Shown in pieces: positions 25,501 to 40,362 of a stretch of DNA of 64,000 nucleotides. This stretch comes from Marsupella aquatica (taxonomy: Eukaryota > Plantae > Marchantiophyta). The notes below the pieces were generated by a model. The model did not search any database, was not told the origin of the DNA, and was given only the letters and a program-made list of their open reading frames with translations. The stretch spans positions 17,038,754 to 17,102,753 of the forward strand of contig OZ316896.1 in assembly GCA_973895155.1 (NCBI GenBank), given 5' to 3'. Each line of letters opens with the position of its first letter. Positions within the stretch are counted from its first letter, which is position 1. The position numbers and the translations under genes are program-made.

Positions 25501-26739
25501 GTTTCTAGTGATTTATGGATTCGTTTTGGAACGGTGGTCGTCCATAAGTTCATCTTAGTTTGCTTGCCGTTTTTTGCGTCCTGCATTGATCCACCTCTAT
25601 TCATTACGCAGTTCGGGTGATTGGTGAAGCTGAAACATGCCTAAGCTTGGCCAAGAATTGTCTTGCTCTCGGGATAGATCTGCCAAGAGACCTCTTTTCC
25701 CTTTCCAATCTTTGAAAGGAAATCAAATATGCAGTTGTCAAGATAAACTCCTTTGGGTTTGACCAATGGAATATGATGATGCTTTTTGGCAGCAATTAAC
25801 ATCTTCTGTGTTGCTTTGCAGTTGGAACCTAGGACCGTAGACAAATTTGAGAGGGACAAGCTCCTGAAATTCTGGGTTTGTCTAAATGCTCCAACTCTGT
25901 ACGAGTATTCTCTCAGTTTGCCGGTAATCTTTTCATCGATTGCTTGTGTTACTAAGTATGTGCTGACGTTGGTGAACTTGTTGTTCTTGGCAGATTCAAT
26001 CATTCTTAGCAGGTGTGCCACGATTAGTGTGTGGATTCCGGTATGTTCGCTAAACTACCCACTTTTGTACAGTTTGAAGCAGTCGAGGCAACTCGGATGA
26101 TTGGTACTTCTACGGAAGATTTCACTTTTTGAATGGATGCCAAAGGACATTGTAACCGAAGAGAGTGGGCTCTCAGCTTTTAGAGTTGCTGTGTGAAGGG
26201 ATGACCGGGGTCGCGTTACCAGAGCAGAAATGATGACCACAAAGGATATCACGAATCGAGTAAAACAAAAGCATTTTTGGGAGGTAATCTCTCTACTCTA
26301 GAGATCAAGTAGAAATGAGTTTGTTAGGTTGAGAGGTAGGTTGACACTTCAGACAATATCATTCTTCCTTATTGTGCTTGAGCTAGTCCTAAGAGATTTC
26401 CGGATTCTCATGTGAATTGAAGGTTATTTCTCAGACTCGGTTCCTGTGTGTTTGCAGGGTGGCGTTTGTCTGGCATTTGCTGACCAGGTTTTTTGCTGGC
26501 TTTATGGAAGTGTAAAAGAAGGTAAGTGAAGAGTCATAGGATGAATGGCGTGCATAGCTATTTTGGCGTGACCTCTTGGTTATGGTCTGTATCGGTAGAC
26601 TAAGCACTTTTTTGTTTTGGGGCCAGGCGAAAACAATTTGTTACGCTTTATACCGGCTGCAAATCGACTAGAACTGCTTCGAGAAAGTTCTTGTCCTGAA
26701 ACTATTACGAAGCATTTGGATGAGCTTGGCAACCTGTAG
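22559..26739 (+). CDS. DXO1: DXO/Rai1-family decapping/deNADding exoribonuclease with plant acidic and RGG-rich N-terminal extension, 13 exons
   Basis: Exons 22559-22811, 22981-23291, 23559-23624, 23868-23949, 24350-24435, 24564-24587, 24884-25008, 25220-25481, 25822-25875, 25994-26040, 26199-26283, 26458-26521 and 26627-26739. Motifs: FQE|[13 protein letters not shown]|TFRNNLNK|[32 protein letters not shown]|[17 protein letters not shown]. Confidence 0.95.
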
Positions 26740-28450
26740 TGGGTAAAGCACTGCATGAAACAGCCTGCTTTAGAGTTAAGCTTGTCTCGGATCTTCTCCC
26801 ATGCTTCTGAAATTGTATGATAGATTAACACAGAGCAAATTTTTGATTGAGTTGGGTCAGCAAAAGACGCTGGCCATTGCACATGGTTTTAGAAAATCAT
26901 CTGTGCACCTGATTTTACTTGAGGTCGTATTTCTTCGATGCCCAGTTCTATTCACCACCTGTGTTGCTCGCATTTGTTACTGCTGTTGGTACATGAATTC
27001 TTCTTTGAACGGATAATTATGCCAATCCTCAATCAGAGGATTTTAGCCCAATTCTTAGCCCCTGTAAACCAGGTTCAACAAGTGAGCCAGATTGGTTTGG
27101 AATAAGATCCTGATCTTCTTGGTGACCAAGGCACTGGCCGTCAGCATCAAGCAATGCGATTTGTTTGAGTTTCAGGGTGGTTTAAATAGAATTTCTCTCT
27201 GGAGGGACTCTACAACTCTGCACGGGAAATAAAGACTCAGTAGCTTTTGGAGCTGAACGAGAGCGCAAGTGGGCTATAAGTTTTTCCCTACGCTTCCTAC
27301 ATTTGAGCATTATCGCAGATGCTACATTGCAAATATGAGCTATTTTGCGAGAACAGTGTTCACGAATTCAGAAGGTATCTCAAAAGGAATGATAGGAAGT
27401 CTGATATTGATTGTGCCAATTTTGAGCTTCACGGAAGCTTAAAGAGCAGAAGTCTGAGGTGCCAAACAAGGGACCTGCAGTTGGCATGGGTTTGAGTTTG
27501 ATCTGTCACATGTACTAGTGCTTCAAGACAAGCAGTAAAGGACGTTTTATTACCGGTTACCACAACGGTTTCCTACTACGTGCATCAATGGGAATGAGGT
27601 GTGCTAAAGATTATATTTATGTACTTTTTACACTTCGTGATTGAGAAATTTATCAAAACCAATGACGAACTAAGGAACTTAACAAAGAGAACAGCCCAAG
27701 GGCCAAAGCAGACTTCGTTACTTTCCCTTCACCCTTGAGCAAAACAATTCAGGGCGATTACTTGTTAAAATCTTTATTAGAGTCTTTTGATTAGGTGTGG
27801 CCATTTGGGTCAAACCCAATATTACAACAAAAAATAAAGCCTCAAAATACTATATCAGCTTGGTCCACAGGAGTCCTGAAGTCAACATTACAGTCCATCC
27901 AAACATCAAAACCATCGAAAACTAATAAAACCCTTAGGTGTGGGCATTAATGTCTTAGGGCCACTAGTAGGATTCCCTTGCTTGACCCTCCCATGCAGGT
28001 CACTCTCCCATGCAGGTCACACCTGAGCTATACCAGGCTCTTCAGTTCTCCCATGCAGGTCACACCTGAGCTATACTAGGCTCTGATAGATAGACTTTGG
28101 GGTCCTGGTTTTAGGGTCTGCTATAGTTCTTTATTTCTTTGCTTCCTTGCCTTTCTTGGCCCCTTGGTGGTCCCCCCCCTTGATTGGGTCTTTTGCCCTC
28201 TGTTTTTTGGCAATATGAAATACACACTAATTAACCAATCAGTCAAAATGTCAAACCAATTACACCAAAAAGAGATGACACACCCACACTTGTAAAGAAA
28301 CACTAACCAATCGTAACTTCTCTGCCTTTGCTGACCCGGCCGGCAGCCTCCAAAACAACCAGCAATAGCAAGTTCATGCGTGGGGCCCTGAGGCCGCAGG
28401 CCCGGTCACCGGTAGCCTTGCCCTGTCGTGATTACTGTCACACTGATCTC

Positions 28451-28572
28451 ATTACATATACTATTACACATAATTAGATACCATTAGATACCATTACATA
28501 CTATTACACATAATTACATAGCATTACATAGCATTACATAGCATTACATAGCATTACAGTGAATTACATACG
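28451..28572. repeat. 10-bp attacatagc-type repeat upstream of CASP
   Basis: About 12 variants of ATTACA/ATTAGA at a 10-11 bp period. Confidence 0.85.
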
Positions 28573-29258
28573 TTACGGCGACGTTACGTGTCAGCGGCCC
28601 GTTTCGAAGGGTCATTCTCTCTTTTTAAGGCTCCGTTCGTTCGCATCTTCGTGTTCGCTCTTCATTCTCGACATTTGCTGTGTATAACAAGAGGAGCAGT
28701 GTCTCTGCGTTTCACACGAGAGAGGTTTCCACTTTCGACACGATCGATCGATTGATCAATAGATCTACTGTGCGGTTTCGGGAGAAGAAAGTCGCCCCTC
28801 GATTTCTGATCCGGTATGTTCTGTCGATTCTGCAGACCGGATTTTCTCTCCAGATGGTGTGGTTTGAGTAAATGCGTGAATGAGTATGTTGATGAAGCGC
28901 AAGAAGCTTGAGACTGAGTTCTGCGTTTGGAGAAGATTGATTTGGTAGCATTCTCGTTGTTTCGTAGACTGCTGTGGTGTGTGAAGGAATGAGTCTTGGG
29001 AATGATGCGCAAAGCTTGAGACTGGCTGGACTGATTTCTCGGTCGGTGAGCGTTTTCGTGTCCTCCTGTCGATGATGCAGTCCGGTGTTGAGTTTTGTTT
29101 GATTTGACACTTTCAGAGGGAGGCTGGAACGCGATTAAGGAAGTACGCAAGGCTGAGGAGAAGAGAGAGAGATAGAGTGTCAGCTGATTTGGTTGGTGGG
29201 AAACTATCGAACGCAGGAACGAACGAAAGAGCGAAAGAACTTGGAAGTGGTGAACAAG

Positions 29259-32200
29259 ATGGATGGCGTGGAGGACGACAAAGGAGCGGCGGGGGATGGA
29301 GTGCTGGAGCGAGAGAAAGAATTGCAGCAGCCGGTTGCGGCTTTTAACGCGGCCTCTCCGATCGCTGTGGTGTTGAATTATTGGAGAGGTATGGAAAAAT
29401 GCTCCTCTTTGTCGTCGTTCTTTGGGATCGTGGCCGTTAGTGTCGATGCCCCTTTTCTGTCCGATCTACCTGTTTTCGGTCGGTAAGTATGTTGTAGGCA
29501 ACGCAAATTTTGCAGAACCGGGAAGTACGTCAGACCAGACCAGACTTGACCCTGTCCACATTATCGTGTACCACCACATCCTATTGCAATGCATAGGTCT
29601 GATAATTGCTGGTGCTGCCTGGTCTCGTTCTGGTTGCACAAAAGGGGATATTCACGGAATTGGTTTCTGCTAAAGACTCACTTCTGTAGCACTGGCGTCC
29701 TATATCCTCTGAATTTCCGCTTTGACTCTTTCCTTCGTGCTACGGAAAATGTGCTACGAATAGTGTGGTTCTTGGCTTTGTCAGATACCATCTCCCGTCA
29801 ATACCGTGTTGTTCACAAGATCTGTATCGTATCATTTCATCTAAACAAGAATGGGCACATACAAGCTCGTGTAAAGATGACCCAACAATATGAGTGCAGT
29901 GTCAGATGTGATAGTTGCATAACCGAAGTTGATTCCATTGTCTTGGCTAGAGCTATGAAATTCATTTTTTCACCCCTTCAATGTTAGCAGGGACACTTTT
30001 GTATGACAAGAAGTTTAGGGTGTGATAACAGATATATGAGGAACTGAACCCTGTTGATTCGTTAACTTTCTTGCAAGCAGCACTGATGTCTTTTCCTCTC
30101 CAAGTGAAGAGTCTGTTGCATCTAGCTTTTGAAAGTCGCAGAAGCTTATATTATGGTCATGTGGATCATGTCCATTCCACTTTAAACTGCCCAGTCTACG
30201 TGTCCGCTAATTGAGCTTAAGTAGACCTTTCCGCTGTCGGGCGGATGCTTCTAGTCTCAAAGCAAGCAGCACGATGACCTGTAGATAATCTGGGTGCAAC
30301 ATTAATGTTCTACAAGTTGCATCCTTGCAGAATTTGATTTGGAGAGAGAGAAAGGGAAACTTGATGAGCAAGGGCTGCGAATCGGAGAGAATCAAGAGAA
30401 CAGTCTGAAAAACCGTCGAAAGCTCGCAGAGAGTACACGAGGTATTTTATTAATCTCACAATTGGTTGTGTCTACGATAAGCTACCTTTTTGTTGCCTTG
30501 TGTTTCAGTGGTTATAGATCATTTTTCCTGCAATTGAAAGGGATGATTTCATGTCAAAGTTTTTGACGAGGAGCATATCGTGGGTGCTTAATTGTGTATA
30601 CCTCTCTACTGTCATCTGTCCGATGAGATGGGAAAGCACGAAGACATATTACACGTTGCAGAATTTTTGGGACTGGTCAGCAGTGGATATGTGATCGCCT
30701 TAAGTGGTTTGACAAAATGCAGATTTTAAGAAGACTGATTCCGAAGACAAGACAAAGGCGTTCGCCATATTACTGAAAGCTTATCAGGAAGAAGTGGATA
30801 ATCTGACTAAGCGTGCGAAATATGGAGAGAATGCCTTCCTTAATATCTACCAAAAGCTCTACGAGGCGCCGGATCCACTACCTGCGCTTGTCTCAGCCGA
30901 TGTAAGCTAACTGTACCGGTTTATCTACATTTTTGAGATCATCGTTTCCAGCATGTCACTGTTGGACTTTGTCTTTGGCTGGAATCAGTACAGGGTTCGC
31001 TTTTTGTTTTCAAATGTTGCGTTGTAGCCAACATTGTTGCAGATATCTTACAGTCAAAATATACAAAATTTTACATCAAAAGACTCTTCGAACAGAGCCA
31101 GGGTGGATAATTTCAGGGTTTGTTCTTAAATCTTAAACTGAGATAGACAACCTATTGGCGTCGACACTCAAATGCCAGCTGATCTAATGGAGATGAGAAC
31201 TATCTCATGTCCCTCCTAAGTCTATTGAACTTCTTGGGTTTGTAGGAGCTGGCAACAAAAGTTGCACAGCTGGAGATTGAGAATCGGAAAATGAACCTGG
31301 AATTAGAGGAGTTCAGGATTGAAGCAGCTCATCTCAAGAACCAGCAAGCAACTGTGAGGAGGCTTGAGGAGCGCAACCGACTTCTAGAGCAACAGGTTTA
31401 AATTCTATCCTAGCAATGATTTCATGGTAGTTACCTGGGGTGCTTACCCTTTTGGTTGTGATAAGGGCGAAGGTTTTTGAATAGATCTCCTGTAGTTCAT
31501 AGATACAAAATTCAACTTTTTAAATATGATCACTTGTGTCCAATGTTTTGGCAAGATGGAGGAGAAGGTGAAAGAAACAGTGGAAATGAAACAGCGGAGT
31601 TTGGCGGAAGAAAATCAAAAGACTCTTGAAGTTTTAAAAGAAAGGTTTGCACTTACCTTGCTGCAAATGATAAAGCACTGTCGATCTTGCAATGAAAGGA
31701 AGCATAGTACTTTAAAACATTTCCTTTGGATCATAGCATTTCCTCTCGTATTGCTGAGCTGAATATATAAAACGTTATTTGAAGCATTTGAAATCATCAA
31801 ACTCGTGAATGCTATTGAGTGGGATGATTTTCTCGTATTGTTGGGTACGGTGAAGCCCTGTATGTTTCCGTTGGAAAGAAGCGCTTTGCTGATTCCGAAA
31901 GTGGTGCCATCTTCACAGGGAGCGATCTCTTCAGGATCAATTACGGGCAGCTAAGGAGAGTGTACAGAATATGCAACGGCTTCATGAATATGGCCAAAGT
32001 CAGCTGTTTGAGCTACGGGCGCAATCAGGTTTTATACTTAGCACTGCCCGAGTTCCTTTCTTTGTGCCAGAGAACTCAAGATTAAAAGAAAAGCATGTTA
32101 AGGGTCGAGATGCCTTCGTTGATGACTGTTCTGATGTTTCGATTAGGATCACGGTACTGTTCTGACGTCGTTGTCATGTCTAATGGCTTCTGCACTCGTC

Positions 32201-35200
32201 AATCACAATTATTATGTCCAGATGACTCTGATAAATTTCGCGCTGTGTTTGGAAGCCGGGATCACTCACGTTGTCCACTGTCCCCAATTGTGCACGCAGA
32301 GGAAGAACGAGCAGCAAAGCAATCAGAGCTGAATCTTTTGACAGACGAAGTGGACAGAGCACAGGCAAGGCTGATAAGCCTAGAAAGAGAAAAGGTTTGT
32401 TCAGAATGTCTTGACGTCTTTTAATTGTTTTGCCTTCGACCATTTTGAACGAGAGGGACTGATTGTCATCGTTACCGCGTGTATAGTAATCGAGAAATTA
32501 CCCCTCGTCTGTTTGGTTTGACAAATTTGAGGCGGGACAGAGCATCACATGGTCTCTTTCTGCCTGCGTAGTTCAATCCTGCGAGCATGTACAAAACTGA
32601 GCGCTTCTTATAAATAAGCGTCACATGTTTATTAAGCGCGTTGTACATCGCCATATTCTTGTTACCTGTGACTCAGTGAGAAGCACGCTGACGTGTACGG
32701 TTCTGGCATGTAGGACCAACTTCGGTCTCAGTTGACAGCAGTACACAACCAAGAAGTACAGTATCGTGAAAAGTAAGCTCGGATGCACCTTATCAATGCT
32801 ATAAAGTTGATTGATGCGCCTTCATCTGAAAGTGAGTGTTGTTGAATATAATGAACATAATCTGGGATGTTCTGATACAGGCTAGACAATGAGACCAGTA
32901 GTAGTCTGGAGGCCTCATTAAGTGCCAAGGAGAAAATTATATCTGACCTACATACGCAGCTGCACAAGTTGGAAGCAACTTTGTCCTCAGAACGGGATGA
33001 ACATTCTGTAGAGGTGAAAAAGATGAGCACACAAGTCAATGAGAAGGTCAGTCGTTTGGCTCGAAAACCCTCCCAAGGATGTATGTTATTGTGTCAGGAA
33101 TCAACGCACAACGGGGTGCTAGATACTAGAGCTTCAAGGAAAGTACATCTTTACTACGCTATGTTTATGCGCTGCACACATCTCGCCCGAAGATCATCCG
33201 TTAGTGAGCGATGATTAGTATTCGAGCTTTGTTTGCCTTGAGAGAGAAATTTTACGCTTGACCCATCCAACACCAATGGAAAGAGTCAAGAAATTTCCTT
33301 CTGAGACTGTCTTGACCGTTGGAGACTTTGCTGATTTGGTCAAAATACTGGAACTGCCAGGATGTTATCATTGAAGACTTGCGGAAAGAAATCAACCAGC
33401 GGCCGACTGCAAAAGTAGCAGAAGACCTTCGGAAACAGATCAAGATATTGCAGGTGTTTAGTCTTTCTCAATCACGTGCCAGAGAAGTTCTAACTAAATA
33501 AGTAAACCTTTGATAGCTGTGAAGCACACTTTGCATCAGGTTGCAGGTTTTATGTTCAAACACTGCTAGATCGATGATTCGCTGTTCTTGTTAAAGTAAA
33601 AGCTGTATTTTTTTAATTGTCCGCTCATCATGCTACTTCTAAAAAGTAGTACCTGTGTTTTGGTGCAGGCAGTTGGGTACAACTCAATTGAGGCGGAAGA
33701 TTGGGAAATTGCTACTCGCGGAGAGGATATTGGAAAGCTGGAAACTTTGTTACTAGAAAAGAATCGCAGGATGGAACATGAACTAACACAAGCCAAGGTC
33801 CAATGCATACTTGACTTTTCTTTCAATGGTACTTGCAATGTTTTCTTCTGTCGAGAAACTTCTTATTTAGCAATAAGTTGTCGCTGTCCAAATATCTACG
33901 AACTTAAAGGGCTTGTTTGGACATCAAACATATTACTGTAGGCGCAGAATGACCATAGTAGGAAGAGCATAGCATAAACAAACATTCTATAAAGTACTGC
34001 ACCTGATGATTAATCTTGATGTCAAGATAGCTCTCATCCATCATGTGAGCTGTTCTTGTATGGTCTTTCTAGTGCTGAAGGCTCTCAAGTGGTGGTTAAG
34101 TTAGGCTCTGTGCTTCACATAAGTGGACTGGAAATCTTGTTAGTACTAGAAACCTAATATCAATTGAGGGAATCGGTATCAGGTGCAACTGTCAGAAAGA
34201 AACAGTTCTGCGGCAATAGCAGAAGCACAAGTCCAGGAGCTCAAGGCGAAGGTGGATGAGCAGAAAAAACTTATTTCAAAGCTAGAGGAGGACATTCTAA
34301 AGGTTTCATTCTTTCCTCAAGTCGTTTGTCCGACTTAAATCTCTATTTGCTACCTTTGGCACAGGCAAGGTTTGAAATCTTTAAAAACCGCCGTGGAGTT
34401 TAGTGCCTTATAGGTTTTTCAGGTTTGCAAGACTTCAAGAAAATGAGCCTCATAAAGTTGTGCCCTATGACTCCGAGAGATATTCAGAAGTGTTTATTCA
34501 ATAGCCTCTACTAGGCCTCTAAATTTGCAAGACTTGAGAGTCGTCGTATCAGCATGTTTCATATGAGCTATGTGCATCACAGAACATATTTCATGGAACT
34601 ACCAAAGCGTTTATTTTTTGGGTATGGTCGTGGATTCTTACTGTCTTAAGATTTGTTTATTCCACAGGGATATAACTCGTCAGAGAGACAAGCCTCGAAG
34701 CCAGATGAATGGGAGTCTACAGAGTCTGGAATCCCCACTGATTTGTTCGAGGTAGTGTATTTGCCCACGCCACCGATAAGTTTTTGAAGACGGGGTGCAT
34801 GTTGTGCTCTTGTCCCTTTGAAAGTGGATTTTGCTTTCTCACTCATCGGTTGAAACGTTTTGGCAGGGTGGAGGAAGACGCAGCGCTCCAGACGAAGAAC
34901 GGAACTCAATGCTGGATGTTATATGCAGTCAAAGAGACAGGTTCAAACAACGCCTGAGGGAAGCAGAAGAGGTTAGTGGTTTGTTCTCCACTCCGTAGAT
35001 GGGTTTCATTTATTATAAATGTTGCCCTATACATTCTGTGCCGTGCCTTCTGAGATCACAGGAATATCCATCTTTTTTGTGAAAGTACACGGCATTGGAT
35101 GACTTATTTATTGTCGCATTTTCAGGAGCTGAAAGTGGTGAAGGAGAAGAGCAAGAAGGTTGAAGCAGATCTAGAGAGAAGCAAGGCCGACAATGTGAAG

Positions 35201-36572
35201 TTGTATGAGAAAATGCGATATGTTCAAGATTATACACAAGAGCGACCCCTTTCACGAGGGCCTAAAAAGGTTTCCCACTTCCGTCGATGATCATAATTTC
35301 ATTTGGACATTTGATTTGTTCGTTCCATGTGCATTTAGCCTGCGTCTTTAGATCTGTAGGTGTGGCCTCCACCTTACCAATCCTGTTTTTTTCAGCCTCG
35401 GTGCCGTTTGATATTTGGACATGGCTACATCGTTCTGGAGCGTTCGGTCTGCATTTTGCCATTACCGCATTTTGCGTAATAGGAGGCAAGCAATCAGCCC
35501 AGTAAATTTATAACACTCTTTAACACTTGCTGCCTGCTATTGACTGTAACAGCGGGTCGAAGACGTTGAAGCAGGAGTCTCAGGAGATTTTGAATCCAAG
35601 TACAAGAAAATATATGAGGATGACATAAATCCTTTCACCCAATTTTCGAAGAAGGTTTGCTACTGTCCTGCAATGTAGTCTACCTTCACAATTCAAATTA
35701 GAAGGAAGTTCCTTCTCAGTCTGGTCTGCACTGAAGTAGTTACTAAGCGGTGACTTCACAAGAACACGTCATCTGTCATGATTTCTAGTGTTAGGAAATA
35801 TCCATTAAGCTCTAGCGCTTAAAAGAAAACAGAATACTCATAGCCAGGACGTGGTGGGACCTGCTTTGTTTTAACTACAGGAAAAGGAGAGGCGATACAG
35901 GGATCTTGGAATTAGAGACAAAATCACTCTATCAAGCGGACGTTTTCTTCTGGGAAATAAGTAATTGACTTCGTTAATATGTAGTTATGTACTATATTTT
36001 TGAGTTTGTGAGGCTTGAAGTAGTATGCTGGTAGCGGAGAATTTGTGGACTTTTGTCAGACTCTTCTACGTCTTTCTTCCGCTGTGTCTTTGCGCCCCTC
36101 CTCTTACCATTGTGGCCGAGTTCATGTGCATCGTATCATTTACTTTAGGATACGTCCATATGCCTGCCGAATTGTTTCTATTGGCTATGTCTCTTAGAAC
36201 GTGTCTCGCAGACACAAGTGAAAAAAATACTTGTTACTTATATATCTGCATCCGTGTGTATGTTGGTTTGCAGATATGCCCGGACGTTCATTTTCTTTTA
36301 CTCCATTGGTCTTCATTTACTCGTGTTCATGAGCCTTTACAAATTTTCAGTTCTTAGTCACCACAGGTGAAGTTGGCAAAACTCCCCTGTACGCTTGTTG
36401 CACACATAACATTTTATGCCGTACTTTATCATTGGGCTCGGGTTTAATGATTGGATGCTGATTAAATACTATGTGGGTCGGGGTTCATGATATTTGCTGC
36501 AGTGTAAGGAGCGAAAAAGGACACTTACATGAGGTTGAACGATTTTTGAATAATACCTCCATTCAGATTTGA
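29259..36572 (+). CDS. CASP: Golgin CASP (CUX1/CASP, yeast Coy1-like): long coiled coil with C-terminal transmembrane segment, multi-exon
   Basis: Exon 1 is 29259-29388 (SPIAVVLNYWR). Later exons encode LDEQGLRIGENQENSLKNRRKLAESTR, YQEEVDNLTKRAKYGENAFLNIYQKLYEAPDP, QRDRFKQR, LERSKADNVKLYEKMRYVQDY, YEDDINPF and the TM YARTFIFFYSIGLHLLVF. Probable last exon 36503-36572. Confidence 0.93.
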
Positions 36573-37508
36573 GAGACGGTTCCGAGTAACAGTAGTGTTC
36601 TACAGCAGTGCTCAGCAAGAATCACTTTTTGGCTGCACCTTCCTTCGGACGGCATTTGTTGGTGACCACATTTTTGTCCTTGGTTGGCACGTCTCCAGAT
36701 AGTTCAATCTGGTGGAATTCGTACATGTAACCATTAGGACTCTGTAAATATCCAATATCAGAAAATGTTGTCATCACGACTAGATTACAGGGAAGTTTGG
36801 TGAGAGGTCAAGGCCAATGAAGTGGTTATTTGCGAAGCATTGGTGAGCTGGCTACCTTATCATTATATTCTTCTTGTTTAATCTTTAGAATAATACCACT
36901 CACGCAACAAAGATTTGTGGAATCAATCATGAATTCGATGTCTCTCTGATCGACTCAGATTTGAGATGTTAACACTATATTTCACATTGTCGAACCTCTG
37001 AATCTGTTGAGTTTGTCTGAATTTGTTGAATCACATGGGGATATCTGTATCTGCAAGGTATTGCCAGGCACGTCCAGAAAGCTATCGGTTTGGAGGCCCT
37101 CGAAATCCGCAAAATAATCGTCACTTTTCGCTCCAATTCTATCCTCACGTCTAAGAAAACCATAGCAAGGGTGAATATGAACTACAGGAATGATGATATG
37201 TCCGAGCGTTTGCCAAGCTATCATTGTCGTCTCAAAAGTTCAACTTCCACCGTTGACGGACCCTTCGGATTAGATTTTGACAGCTAAAGTAGAGTCCCTT
37301 CCCTCTCCAAACCAGAGAATTCACTGGCTTTGATTTGCACGATTCATCAATCCCAAACATTTTTGCCAGTATATCACCAAAAACAATTTCGCAGAATGGA
37401 TACATCACGTACCAAACACAGGTCGAAAAGCATGCAACGCCCACGTAGGATTCACAGAAATGACTGACATTTTTCCATGAAGGACCACCTCTTGAGACAA
37501 TCCATCAA

Positions 37509-38116
37509 AAAGCCCATTGTTGCAGCATAAGCGTTTTTGGTACCCAACTATACAGAAAAGGAATTTCGTGAGAGAAAAGCCTCGTAAGACGATACATGAA
37601 AGCCCACCGTTGCACCAAAAGGATTTTTGGAATCCAACTATGCAGAAAAGGAATTTCATGAGAGAAACGCCTCGTGAGACGATACACGAAAACCCACCGT
37701 TGCACCACAAGCGTTTCTGGGATCCAACTATCCAGACAAGGAAGGACCCTATTCTCAACTCCAAGACGAAAGAGTACAAGGGGTGGTCGACTAATGGCGA
37801 AGCACTACAGCTCTGTGCGGTGCACCGAGACCAAAACAAGGATAGAACACTCCACAACCAGAAAAGCCGGCCCCTGCTCATATTGTGGTAAGCAGTAACA
37901 ACTACAACACCGGAATCAAAACTCAAAATAGGGGTTCCTGGTAGAGTTCCAAGGCCTGGTAATGTTGCTCGGTGCAATGCCGAATCTGCACAGGACCGAC
38001 AACAGTCCTTTACACGGAACTCAAAATAGGGGTTCCTGGTAGAGTTCCAAGGCCTGGTAATGTTGCTCGGTGCAATGCCGAATCTGCACAGGACCGACAA
38101 CAGTCCTTTACCCGGA
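37509..38116. repeat. 90-bp tandem repeat (~2.5 copies, 37509-37735) and 98-bp near-perfect duplication (37921-38116)
   Basis: aaagcccaccgttgcacca... at 90-bp spacing; actcaaaataggggttcctggtagag... at 37921 and 38019. Confidence 0.88.
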
Positions 38117-39316
38117 AGGACGTTGCGAACGATGGACTCTTGTGTGTCCAATCCCGTGTGAACGTGTTGGGTAGCTCGCGGCAAGATGAATCACTCCAGC
38201 AAAGTATCAGTCTCTACGACGGATCGACGAAATGGGAGGAAATCTGTAGCCTCCGTTGCAGTGGGTGGGCTCGGCGGACGATGTTCCTCGACCGTAATCT
38301 TGCTTTGTTGTTCTCTGTCCTGCTCTTCATGGCTGTCATTCTTCTCCTTCAGATCCTCTGGCACCACGCCAGGTTTCTGCCGCTCTTCACCTGGTTTGGT
38401 ACTTGCCGCCGCTACGCCAGAGTCGCTCGTCTTGTTCATGGGAGTTGCTTCTTCTTGCTCCACTCTGTGTGTTCCTTCGCTAAAGTAATCCTCTATCACT
38501 AAGGCCTGTTCGGCCATACTATATCACGAAGCTTCTCAAAAAGCTGGATCACCCTGAGAGCTGACTTCCCCAAGGATTCGGATTGACAGATTCTAGTGTG
38601 AAAACAAGTATCAAGGAATTGAGTGTCTCCAAATCCTACGAGCATACGGGACTGAGAATCGGACACATTCAAAAGAAAGCGACCGACTGCAAAACTGGGT
38701 TGTTTCCAAGTAAGAGAAAGATATGGAGTGCAGATAAAACTATGAACCTTTGACCACAAGTCTCGCACGGGACTCCTTCTCAGGAAATCTGAAGAGGCAG
38801 AAGAGTGATACTGGTGAGCAGATTGCACAAAAGCGGACCTCAGTAACCGGAATGTATGTTGGGGAAGAGATCTGTCTGCTTGAGCAACAAATGGAATCGA
38901 AGAATTGCGACCCTCAAACGATAGAAAGGCCTCTACTGAACAAGTGTCCTTAGACGGTCAGTGATGTGGCAAGAAAGCAGATGGGTTGCTCTCTACTTAC
39001 GACAGCTGTATAGTACACAGAGAAAAAACCATGCTTGTAATCACACATCAAAATGTGATAATATATTCACTGATTTTAAAAAATAAAAAATAATCATATT
39101 TATCATGTGGTACAAAAAAATATATATATATCATATTTTGATGTACACTTACCTGGACCGGAAAAAACTTTAAAATGTGCCATTGGTTGACTAACATTGA
39201 GAGAGGAAATTGGATGCCATTTATTTCATGGTGCATTCCTTTTGATTGTTCCCTTCTTGTCCAATCCTCAATATAGTACCTTACCATTTCCACTCATCAA
39301 ACTATTTGCATTCTTC

Positions 39317-39661
39317 TCTTAGGATTTACTCTTAGGTCTAGAGTTACCATTGTACCGTAGTTAGGGCTAACCTTAGTCGCAAACTTGATTAGGTTAGTTA
39401 TGTTGTGCACACTCTATAACCAAGCGGTGTTTGTTTGGAGAGTGGGAACTCAGGCTCATTGTTACGGAGCTAATTGAGAGATAGAGAGAGCTTGCACTGT
39501 GGATGCTTGGTATGGCTGGTCGGCCTAGAGTGCAGTAAAGCTCGTGTGTGTTCCCGTGGACGTAGCCTCATGTGGAGGTGAACCACGTATCTCTCTGTAT
39601 CGACTCTTGTGTGTTGGATGGTTCATGGGCTTGCCGTTGCGATTGTCGTCTATGCTCAACA
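39317..39661 (-). mobile_element. Solo LTR with 5-bp TSD TCTTC
   Basis: Reverse-complement match to 40363-40706 and 63846-64000. Flanked by TCTTC at 39312-39316 and 39662-39666. Confidence 0.82.
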
Positions 39662-40362
39662 TCTTCTTCCAATTCAGCTTTAGCAACAGCTTTCGTGATT
39701 GAGGTGTTTAGGTTACAAATGACTACTGTGCACTACTGAAAAATACTTGGAAGGCTTTACGAGAATTGTGCCACGAGTTCATGCAAAGTTAAATATGGCA
39801 TGTTCCCACACTTGAATGGCTAAGAGTGCCTCTCACACATAGAAAAAAATGACCCACCCTCAAAATTCTGGTAAAGGCCTCTAACTTTAGACATCTAAAA
39901 CTATGTATCACATTACCAAAGAAGATATCACACTTCAGAAGAACAAAGAGTTTAATATATCACCCCGCCAAAGAACAAATAACTACAAAAACCAAATATA
40001 TCAGAGTGCCAAGGTGTTGAATATATCATGTTGTTAAAAGAACAAAAAAGTATAATAAGTTTAATATCACCCTCCTGCAACAAAGAACCTGCTATCAACC
40101 AAGGTAGGTCTAAACCACCAGTTTCTTTTTATACATTTATCTAGCAGCACAAGTATTCCAACAACAAGCATAGTCAGGCTAGCAACAAAACAAAATCTGA
40201 GTTAGTATATTGTTAGTACCATGGTTAGTACTATAGTTAGACACCCATGTTTAGCACATCAGTTAGTACAATTGTTAGTAGATTTCATGACACATAATCC
40301 CTAGGGTAGGAAGTTGAATGTAGGCTAGAATCCATCTTATCTCAAGCAACTATAGACCCAAT

